Virus record (IMG/VR): IMGVR_UViG_3300042526_000097
Coordinates: 25,419-89,418 of that record
DNA: 64,000 bases
Reading direction: 5' to 3' (one strand)
Source: a virus
Each line of letters starts with the position of its first letter. The first letter of the stretch is position 1. A model generated the notes under the pieces. It made no database searches and was not told the origin of the DNA. It saw only the letters and a list, made by a program, of their open reading frames with translations. Shown piece after piece: positions 20,001 to 32,000 of this stretch. Position numbers and translations under genes: made by a program.

Positions 20001-23000
20001 AACAGTCTTAAGTATGTAGGATTCTCTAGGTCATCTAAAAAGACTACAGTACTTTCTAAAAAAACTGATAACACTAATGCTGTTATACCAGAGACAATCT
20101 ATGAAAAGCCTACTGCTCCCCCTCCACCACCTCCACCTCCTTTAAGTAATCTTACTGAAGATGAAATAGAACAACAATACCAAGAACTAGAAGATGAGTT
20201 AGACTTAAGTGACTACCCTCTAGTATCTTACCTTAAAGAAGATTATGAGGATGACAGTGTATCTCTTTTAGAAAATACTAAATATTGGATCTCAGAACTT
20301 GAAAAGTTTAATAGTTTAAAATCACAAATTACTGAAGCTTTACAAGCAGGAGACAACGAGACAGCTCTTAATCTTAAGAAGTCTTTAGATAGTCTTACTA
20401 ATACTGGTGAGTTTAACTATATAACTAGTTGGTATGAGCCTGACAGGGAACAGTTTAGAAAGAGTTCTGACTACATACAAGAAAAAGTAGATGTAGTTAA
20501 GGGTGACTTGGAATACCTTAAAGAAAGGTTAGAAGATGAAAGACAAAACTTAGTAAACTCTTTAACTGCTAGACAAACTGATACTGAACTTGGAGTCTAT
20601 GAAGAGTTTGGAACATACTACAAGTTCAACACATCTCCTAGTGGTGTTATAACAGGAGAGTACAAACAGGGTAAAGATGGGGAGTGGAAACCTTTAAACA
20701 ATAAGACTGCCCAAGACAAGCATGAAAGATTTGTAAGTCCTCCTCAAGCTCCTGTTCAACTTCAGCAACAGACTCTACCACCACCACCCCCACCTCCTTC
20801 AGTTCAAACAACAGAACAAATATATTCTCAATTAGGAGATAAAACAAAATCTAAAGAAGCTCCAAATGTAATTCTTCCTGAAGATTTAGGTTTAAAATTT
20901 GATGGGTCACATAAATCTAACATGTGGACTGTACTTTCTCCAAACTTTAAAAAACAATACCCAAATGGAGTAATTGCATATAGAGGAAAAGTAGACAGTT
21001 CAGCAATTGGTAATCCTTTTTCTGTAACAAATAGAGGAGAAGATACTGTAAAACAATTTATAGAGTGGATTATAACAGGTAACAATTTTGGAGTTGAAAC
21101 CATACTAATGGGAGGTAAAAATTACAAGTTATCTGACCTTAGAAATGAGTACATTAATATAATTAAAAAAGCTAAAGGAGAAAAAATATTATATTATAAA
21201 GAGTTGGGGAGACCTTCTCATGCTACAGCTTTAGATTACTTAATTAACAGGTATAATTGGAATCAACCAACTGCTCAACAAACTTCCCTACCTCCAGTTT
21301 CTTCTACACCTGCTATTGCAAATAAAGCTACTACTCAACCATCTACTAGTGTTGAAGTAATTCCTCTAAATGAATCACAAAGATTTACTAGAGAATCAGC
21401 TGACACAGATAGCGAGTATATGTATTTATTTACAGATAATGCTGGTAGAACATCAGGCTCAGGAGTTATTGACCCTAACGGTTGGTATGCTAAAAAATAT
21501 GGTGCAGATAAAAAATATGCAAGTAAAACACAAGCTGTAGCAAGAGGTCTTAATAATGTTTATCCTATTACTACAATGGTAGATGATAAAAGAACTCAAT
21601 GGACAGATGCTCAATTTGATACCTATAAAAAAATCATTGATGATGAGATAGCAACTATTAAAGAAGCATCTAAAAATTATAAAGGAATTAAGTTTGGTGC
21701 AGAAATGCCTTTTGGTAAAGGTGCAATTTCTAATATGAAAGATAGTGCTCCTAAAATATGGAATTATCTTAATACAAAACTTGCTGAAATAGGTATTGAT
21801 AATACAGGAGATATGCCTATACCTACTCAACAATCTGCTAATCCTACTCAGCCTTCTGGTAACACAGCTAGTCCTGTAACTATAGAGCCTTTAATCTTAC
21901 CAGACAGTTTAACTGTAACTAAAAGATCAGAAGTAACCCAGGCTAATATAGACTCTATGAAGTCTACATTAAAGTTAGCCTTTGTAATGAAGGCTGCAGA
22001 GAATCCTACTCAACAGTTTAAAGTTCCTTGGCAGAACCCTTCTGCTAATAAGACTGTAGACAACTATGGATTCAATCAGTCAGACTATGCAAGGATAATG
22101 GATGAGATTCGTATGGAGATGGGGGATAGATTTCCTAGTAACCTTATATTCTTTCCTGCCTTTGAGTTTGCTATGAATAATAACCCTGAGAGGTTAATGA
22201 AAGTCTATGCAGATAGGATAAAAGAATTTACAGCAGGTAGGTCAGCTCTACGTCTCAATGACTTAGAGATGGCTAAGATGACTTCTAAGATGGAGATATC
22301 TATAACTACACCTGATGGTACTGTTGTAGATTACTTTACAAAGAGGCATGGCAGTGGAGCTCAAGAGGCTGTAGGTTCTCTAATGCTTACTGCATTTCTA
22401 GACTTATACAATAAAGCCAATGGAAGAGTATCAGCTCCTCACTTAATTGGTCAAATACTATTAATGGCTAAAGGCCACTCTAATATTGCAGGGCCTAACC
22501 AATCTGTGTGGACAGATATTGTCTCAAGCTTTACATTCAAAGGAGATGATCCTAAGTTGGGTTTACTTGACTTACTCTTTGAGAACCTAGCTCATCTAGG
22601 ATACCGTATAGACTACAACAGCAAAGTAGCCTTAAAGGACTACTTCTCTGAGAAAAAGAATGACCCGGGCTTTATGCAATCAAACTTTGATAAGACTCTT
22701 AACTTAGAAGACAGTAAAGACTGGGAAAGAGATTACAATGACTATCTAGAAGATACCATAGACCTTATTGAGGTGGATGATATGAAAGCTAAGACCTTAA
22801 GAGATTGGCAGGATAGTGCATTTGAAAGAAGTAGTAAAGACCAAGCAACTGCTAGGCTTAAACTATTTGTAGCTAATCAGAAGTTGATGGAAAGCTTTAG
22901 TGTTGGTGCAGTTAAATATGACCCTACTGATACTACTGCCATAGACTTGACAGATTCTATTAAGACTGTAGATACTATGACTCTAGCACAGGCTAGACAG

Positions 23001-26000
23001 ATCAATGGTAAAAAAGTAATGCATAAGCAGTTCAGCCCTGAATACCTTGAGAAGACTATACTTGCCAAGTTTCCAAGAATACCACAGAAGGGTCTCTTTG
23101 GATTCCCTAGCATTGTTCCGTTTGATACCTTGTATGAGAATACACAAGGAGTACTGTCTTCAATTCCAGGACTAGAATCAAACATCAGTAAAGCAGTAGA
23201 ACTACTAAGAGCTGAAGAAGATCCTAACCTTACAGAACTAGCAGACAGATTAGAGAAGGCTGATGGAAGAACTCAAAGAGAATTCATTAAGGTAATGAAC
23301 ATGCAGTACAATGAGTTCTATGTAGTCAATATCAATAGAAGAACTAATAACGGTAACAACTACTCAGAGTCTAGAGTCTTTGGAGCACAAAGATATTCCC
23401 AAGACCAGATGATTGTAGAGAGATGGAAACAGTCTCAAGTCTTAGCTCCTATCATTAAGATAAGACCTAACGGTGAAAGAGTAATAGATGTAGACAGAGC
23501 TAGAGTGCATGCAGAAGTTATAAAGATCCTAAGTAAGTTAGATAGAGTAGATGAACTTACTGATGAGAATGTAATACCTTATGCTATGATGTTAGCTCAA
23601 GAGGTAAACAAGTCCCCAGAACTTCAACAGTTCTTTGAAGGTATCAATTTAGTAGAGTTAGTAAATGAAGAGAGGGTACGTACTAGATTACCTAAAGAAG
23701 CACAAAGGCTACAACAGAAATCTCTTATAGCAAAGATGTTTGCTGAGCATGGTATAGACCTAAACAGTAAAGTGCTAGATGACTTAGCAGCCTACTACTA
23801 TAAAGATGGTAGAAGAATGGATGCAGTCTCTAATAGTCTTAAGAATACTAAGATGAGATCTTCTTGGATAGGACAGTTCTCTGAAACAGAAAGTACTGGT
23901 AAACCAAATGGTATCTTCTCTGCTTTCTTCTATGCAGCTGCAGGGATGTCTAACAGTAATGACATTGACTCTGAAGTAACAGAAGACCTTGAAAATTCAG
24001 TAATACAAAACAATCCACTCTATACTGAATCTACTACCACTAAGATCCTTGCCAAGTTTGCACGTAAGCATGTAGACAAGTTGTTCAATGCAGTTCATAC
24101 AAACTTAGAGGGTAAACAGATATGGGATTACTCCCTACCTACTTCTTTGAGTAGAGCAGTACTGGACCTAACTACTAATCATAACAACTACACTGAGAAG
24201 TTAAAAGCAAGTGTATGGGGTAATAATCACTACTTAAAGGAGTCAAGACTATCTAACTTAAAGCTAGGATACTTTGAAGGTCTTAAGGTTGATAACTCTC
24301 AGACTGGTACTATACGTCAAAGAATGTCTGATAGACAACAGCTATTGTCCTCTATTCTTCTCTACCAAAACCAGGGTAGAGACAGTGCCTTTATGGTATC
24401 ACTTACCCATTCAGATAAAACAACTACACCTGTATTCTCTGGTATACCTAAAGTAAATGTAGTCTCTGATGAAGGTGGTATATCAAAAGATGTTATAGAA
24501 GCTTTCTATACAATCTTTGAAGGAGAGTGGCAACGTATACTTCAAGTACAGAAGTTAAAGAAAGATCAAGGTACTACAGGTTCAAAGTCTATGGATACTA
24601 GTGGTCAACACTTCTTGTTACTTCCTAGTTTAAACTTTGAGAGTTTATCTGATGCTGAGAAGTTAGTTCTATTTGATGAAGATGGAAATGTAAAAAGCTT
24701 TTTAGATGAAGCAGGAGTTGAGTTCATAAAGAGTAAGATAGGAAATTACTTGAATGTAATCTTTGATGATGCTAAAGCATACTGGGAATCCAATGGAATT
24801 ACTAATGAACTCTTAGACAGTACTTATCTAACTAAGGCTTATAAAACCTTACAAGGTACTGCAGCCCAAAAAGCTGAGATGGCATTAGATACTGCAATAG
24901 CTGATTATGTTTTCAACTCTACACTTTGGAACATGTCTTCAGCTATAATGTTGATGGGTGATCCAGCCAATGCTGCTTGGAAAGGTAATGTTGAAAAGAC
25001 TATGGCTGAGTACACTAAACGTCTTGCTAAGGATATTGCACCTAGACAGCAGTTAATGTTTGAAAGACAAAGCTACTCTCAATTGACTGTAGCTGATGTG
25101 GAGATGAAGTATGAGTATGCAACTAAGTTTGGTAGTAATGTACAGAAGTCAGTAGCTACAGATGCCCAAGAGTTAACAACTGTAAGAGAGCACTTAGATG
25201 TGATGAGAGCAGCTGGTAAGGTATCAGATGATATGTACAAGACTCTTATAGCTAAGGTTAACAAGTTTGATACTAAAGAAGAAGAAGACTTTACACCTGA
25301 AGAGTTGACAGCAATGTTAGAAGATGGTAGTGGTCCTATGCAACCTAACAAACCAATATATGCTGGAGTAAGGTTTAAGAATGGACTAGTGCTCTATGAC
25401 TATATTAAAAGTTCATCTGTACCTTTATTTCCTCAATTCACTAAGAACTCTGAGCTAGATAAGGTAAGGTTACTTATGGAAGGTAAAGTACCAGGGTTAG
25501 ACAGGTTTAGTAGATTAGTATTTGAATCAGGTAGTAAAAATGGTAACTCTAATGACCCTTTAAAACTCTTCAGTGCTGATGGATCTTTCTTAGAACCTAC
25601 TCCTGAAAAGCTTATGTCTAATACCCGTATGCTTGATAGAGCTAACTTTGGTATACAACAAGAGGTTCCATTTGATATGAACAAGGATGAGGTCAATGTA
25701 ATTACTCAGATGGATAAACTTATTGTAGAGGGCATCTTAGGTATGGGTAACTTTACAATTGGTAATCAACTTGGGGTGTCAGGTTCACAGGTAAGAGCTA
25801 TGAAGGAAGATACTCGTATCAAAGCTGCTAGAATTAAACTTAAAAAACTCTATGAGAAGTTAGGTGTAGCTGACAACACTAAGACTATCCCTGCTAGCAA
25901 AGTAATCAAGATGCTTATAGAGGCTGCAAGAGAGAGTGAGTTCTCTCCTAATGACATAGCCTTACTTGAGGATACTTTAAAGATTACTAATGATGACAAT

Positions 26001-29000
26001 GCTGTAGAAGTATCAACCTACCCACTATTCTTTCACTCAGCTGTAGAAAGGTTTGAGAAGTTAATACTAGCTAAGGTCAAGTCTATCACAGAGTTTAAGA
26101 TGCCTGGTAAGTCTTATGTACAGGTATCTAGTATAGGATTAATACGTCAAGACAACCTATCTGATAAAGCTAGATTAGGTGTTATAACTGTAGGTGACTT
26201 TGACATGAGTAAACCTTTACGTCACATGCAGATTGATGAGACTACGGGAGAAGTAATCCCTGCACAAGTTATCATGCCATTCAACTTTATGATTGATGGC
26301 AAGAAAGCAGACATAAGAGATTACATAGTAGATGGTAAAATAGACTTAGATAGAATACCTAGAGAGTTACTACAGTTAGTAGGGGCCCGTATTCCAAACC
26401 AAGGTCACAACTCTATGATGGCTATAGAGATAGTAGGGTTTACACCAGACTGGATGGGGGATGCAATAATTGTACCTTCAGCTATTACAGGACAGATGGG
26501 GTCTGACTTTGACGTGGATAAGTTATTTACTTACCAAAGACCTTACATGCACAACAGTGCTACAGGTAAGTTTGAAACATACCAAGAGACTGGTACTAAC
26601 ATAGGCTCTTCTCCAGAAGAGTTTGACGAGTTAGAGAACTTAGCCAATAAGAGAATGGAAGCCTTAGGATACAAGAAGAATGATGATGGTAGTTTCCCTA
26701 GAAGAGAAGTACGTAGAACTGTAGAGACTATAGCTAAAGAAAGGTATGGTGATGAAGTACCTACACACCCTATAGAAAGAGGAGAAAAAACCTTAGAGGA
26801 ATTACAACAAGACTATTTCAATATACACTGGGGAGTTCTTACACATCCTGAGATGTACACTAAGGTTATGAAAGCTTTAGATAAAGGAGATTTAGGATTT
26901 GATAAAGGAGCAGCTAACAACTTGTTTGAACGTAAGTCAGAAGGACCTAATATGTTTTTCTCACCTATATCTCAATTGAAAACTTTTCAATCAGGTAAGG
27001 ATGCAAAGGACCTTGTAGGTATGACATCATTGTCTTCTACTTTTGATTCTAATCTACAGAATAGAAGCTTAAGACTAGGTACTTATGTAAAAGATACTAA
27101 GTCAGGTGAAGTTTCTGAAGTAGAAGATTCAGTCTTATTAGATGGTATTGATCTTACTACAATCTCAGGTGAGGCATTGTCTCAAGGGTATGAATCTAAG
27201 TTCAACCCTGATGGTACTCCAGACTTTAGTACTTGGTATTCTAAACATGATAATATTACCATAGACCAGTCAGGTGCAGTAGATAATGCCAAAGATAGAA
27301 GGTTAGATAACCTCAACATTACTATGGCTACTTACCCAGCTTTTGATGCTATGAATAAACTTCATGGTGAAACCAAAGATGGTAATAGATCTGTAAGTAA
27401 GTTGTTCCAATGTGCCCTTTCCAACCAAGATATACTAGTAGAGTATACTAGAGAGTACAGAAAAGGTAATGATAGTCTAAGTGAAGAAGAGGAATACAGT
27501 GTAGACTTAAGAAGTACTATAGTTAAGTCTTTAAAAGAAAAGTATAAGAAGCTTTATAAAGAATTAACAGGAAAAGATGCTACTTGGGATGATACAAATG
27601 CAGTTAACCTAGACATGAAAACTCTAACAAAAGCATTTAAAGAATCTCAAAAAGGTGAGGCACTTAGTCCTGAGTACTACTTAACACAGCTTAAAGTTTT
27701 AAGTACTTTTGATTATCTATCTTCTATAGGAGAAAGACTTAGAGAGTTACAGAAGACTCTTAACCAAGATACCAATGGTGCCGGTCCTAACCTACTTTAT
27801 GTTTTACAACAACTAGATAACTTTGACAACTTATACAAACAGAACTCTACTAAACTGTTTTTAAATGAAGACAGTCTTATAAGTGGACAGATGAAAGAGT
27901 TGTTTGATATGACTGTCCCTGTAGCTAAGGACCTTTTAAGTTCTGTCTTTCCTGTAGAAGCTATTAAAAATGTAGTAGGTACAGTAGCATCTTACCAAGG
28001 TAAATCAATGAGTCAGTTATCTTTAAAGACTCAGAAAGATATAGTAAGACAGATGAGATCTTTCACTGTTTCAAGTTCTCCAGCTCTTGCTGTAGACACT
28101 ACAACAGAAAGGGCTAGACTCTTGTACGGTACGGATACAGTAGACTCTTTAGCTAAACGTGTTGAGAGAGCTAAGATGCTTAATCCTGATAACACTTTCC
28201 TCAAAAGATTAGACACTAAGATAAACACTGTAGGTAGAGGCCCTGACTTTGTTTCTACTATAATACAACGTAGCGGTAGAATGACTGACAATGCAGTTAT
28301 ACAAGACTTTGCAAGATTGTTACAATCAAATGACCAGTTCTTAAGAGAGCTAGGAGAAGACTTAGTAAACTATGCTTTAACACTTACACCTCAAGCTAGT
28401 TCTACTTCTATTGTAAGTAAGATACCTGCAGGGGTAATACTTGGTACAGACATAGCATCTCAGTTACGTTTTGAGGACACTGTACTTAAAGCTATGGGTA
28501 ACATGCCTAAAGGATACATTGACCAATTACATCAACACAGTCCTTCTCTAGCTACCAAAGTAAGTAAGAAGATTATAAAGAAAGGTCTTTCTCAGTATGA
28601 GGTAGATGGTAGAGAATATCCTGAGGTACTAGCCTTACAAGTTAAACACTTAACAGCAATAGAGAAGATTCAACTTAGAACCTTTAAGCCTACTCCTATT
28701 GAAGAGAAGTTTGCACCATACTTAAGGTTCTATAGTAAAGAAGAAGGTAAAACTATACTTTATAAACTAGTGTCAGAAGGAAACTTCTTAACCTACCAAC
28801 GTATAGATACCTTAGGTAAGAAAGGGGTAGTAGAATACAACTCAAGTGTTCAAGGGCCAGTACGTTCTTTGTTCCCAGAAAATAGAGCAGCCTTTGACTA
28901 TAAGTCAGAAGAGGTATTAAGGTCTCTAGAAGTTGCTACTGAAGATTTGATTAACAAGACTAGTGATCCAAACAATGCTTACAGTAGATGGGGTATTACA

Positions 29001-32000
29001 GATGGAGGACAGGATGTTCTTACTAGAGGACTAGAGCAACTATCAGCTGATAGCAGTGTACCTACTTACTTAAGAACTTTATCACAAGCCTTAGCAGAAA
29101 CAGCTGAGAGAACTTCAGACTTAGAAGCTAGAATGTCAATGGACTACGCACTGAACCCTTTGACAGTTAAAACTACTACAAGTGGGGGTAGAGGCAGTTA
29201 TAATGCTGGAAGTAATACTCTATCTTTACGTTTAAATGCTGATGTAAAGAAATCTGCAGTAGTCCTACTACATGAGACTCTACATCAGAGATCTAGTGCA
29301 CTGCTTCATGCATTAGGTTGGGTATCTAGAGAAAGGTTGAAGATACAGAATAGTGGTATGTCTGAAGAGACATTTGAAAAACTGTGGCAAGAGTATCAGA
29401 CTAAGTCGTTAGAGTTTGCTAAAAAGAACCCTGAGGTTTATGAGAAAGTAAAGGAGTTAGACAGATTACGTTTACAAGCATTTGAACAGTTAAAGGCTCA
29501 GCTAATATCTCAAGGTATTGACATGGATGCTAAGATGCAGGACATCTTTAGAGACAAAATAGATGGTAGTAAGGAAGACAAGTTACTCTACAGTCTATCT
29601 AGTATGTCTGAGTTCATAGCTCATAACCTTACTGACTCAGACATGATGGAGTTTCTCAACACTGTAGAGTCTACAACTGAAAGTTCTTTTATTGACAGGT
29701 TAATAGACAGCTTCCTTAACTTCTTCTCAGAGATGATTAATGCTCTAGGAATAAACTACAATGATAAGAGTATACTAAAAGAATGTCTAGCACTGACTTA
29801 TGACATCACCGGCTTGAATAATACAGAAAGACTACAAGGTATAAATGAAAACTTTGCACCTCAATCAGTCTTTGCAGACACTGAGTCAATGGCCAATCAT
29901 CTACAGAATACTATAGAAAATGTATACAATCAGAATGTAGTTAGAACAGATAATCATCTAGGACATCTGTTGAACATAGAAGAGAAGTTACCTAGCACTC
30001 CATTTACAGGAGGAACTGAATTCTTTAATGAGACTATTAATAAACTCTCAAGACAACTCCAACAGTTAGACAATACTATGGCACGTCCAGTAGTAACTGA
30101 TGAAGACCGTAAGCGTAGAAACCAGGCTTTGTTAATATACAATGAAGCTAAAGAGGACTATGATAAACTGTCTACTTCTAAGGATGAGATGCAGATGATG
30201 GATACTGCTACAAGACAACTAGAGTGGGTTAAATCTGTAGTATCTAAACCTTCTATTCACTTACAAGAAGTTACAATAGCTTGGTCTATACTAGATACTT
30301 GGGGTAGTATGTCTGATATCTACACTACTAACTATATACCAGGTGATGTAGTTAAAGAGACTCTACAGAATGTAGAAGGTCTTGCTACTATACTCTCTAA
30401 GCAAATGCTTAAGCAAAGTATGTTCAGTGTAATTACAGCAGGAGAAAGACAAACAAATATTAAGTTAACTCCTGAAGACTTAGGTCTTAACTTAAAAGAG
30501 TTAGGGTGGCTAGAGAAAGAGGTTATAGCTTTAGAAAGAGATATGAACAAGGCTAGTCAGATGTTGACTACGTTTGCTCAGTATCAAGTACAGAATGCCC
30601 AATCACAGTTTAGGGATTTAACTAATACACTTAAAGAGTTTAAGAAACTAGTTGATCCATCTGACTATAGTAAGTTCATACAAGAGAATGAAGAAGGAAG
30701 TGTCTTTGGTCTTGTACAAGAGTTACATCCTAACTGGTTTAAGAAGACAGCTGGTGCCAGGTATCAACTTAAGAGTTGGTTAGAGGGTATGTTTGGATTA
30801 GACATGAAAGATCCTCTTCAAAGAGCTAGAAGATTAGATGGTGCAAAGGCAGCATACAATGCTTTCTGGAAAGACATGTTAGCAACTGGGGAAGTAGTAA
30901 GAATAGATAAACTACTAGACCTTGCAACAGGAGACCTTAGAACAGATCCTGAAGCTTTAGCAGAGATAGCTAGACTTAAAGCTGCTTCTAGAGAGAATCT
31001 AGTAGATGATATCATAGCTAAGTCTCAAGCAGACTATAAGAAGTACCTAGGTCTTAAGGCAGCAAAGGAAGAAGAGATTGATAACAGTGAAAAGACAGCT
31101 GACTTTAACCTTACGCCTGCTGAAGAGATAGCCTATATGGCAATGTCCCCTGCAGACCAACTGACCTTTAAGCTTAGTACTATCTTAAGACTTACTGTAG
31201 CTATGAAGGAACAAAAGAAAAGAGAGTGGGAATACTTTAACTCTCCTGTCAACTTCCTTAATACTATGCCTCAAGCAAGTGTATCTATTGATGAGAATCT
31301 CTACTTACAAAATGGTAGATTCAAACCTTGGTTTGTACCTAAGAACATACCTGAGAACTTTGATAAGAAGTATGACATCATCAACAATAATGCTAACCTT
31401 AAGAAAGGGTATGACATACTCAAAAACTTATCAGAACAGTTTAGGTCTTATTTACCACCTACAATAGCAGAGAACTTACATGAGAACTTCTTACCTATTA
31501 TCAGTCCTGAGATGATGGCAGAAGCTAGTGGGACACTAAGCAGACTTAAACAAACAGGTGTAGGTAGATCAATGCTTAACTCTATTTCAAGCTCTAGGAC
31601 AGAGACTATGAAAAGAGATGAGGGTGGTATTCCTATCTCTTATGTTAGTGAGGCCCCAAGAGTTATAGATTCAAGAGGTAAAAGAACTAAGAAGATAGAC
31701 ATGTCTAAAGTAAGTACTGACTTACCTAGAATGTTTGAGATGTTTGGTGAGATGGCTATACATTACAATGCTATGTACCCGGTTGGGGAGATCATGGATG
31801 TAGCTAAGAGGTTAGTTATGGAAGAGAACAAGAACCGTGCAGCTAGAGGAGATAAAGGCCTTCCTAATCTAGTTAACTTAATGAAGTTCTATCAAGATGC
31901 TGTAGTCTATAGAAAGTCTAAGCAACTAGAGGGTGTAGATACTACTCCTGTATATAGCCTTAACCCTATGAAGCACTATGCTAGAAAAGCAGAGATGGCT

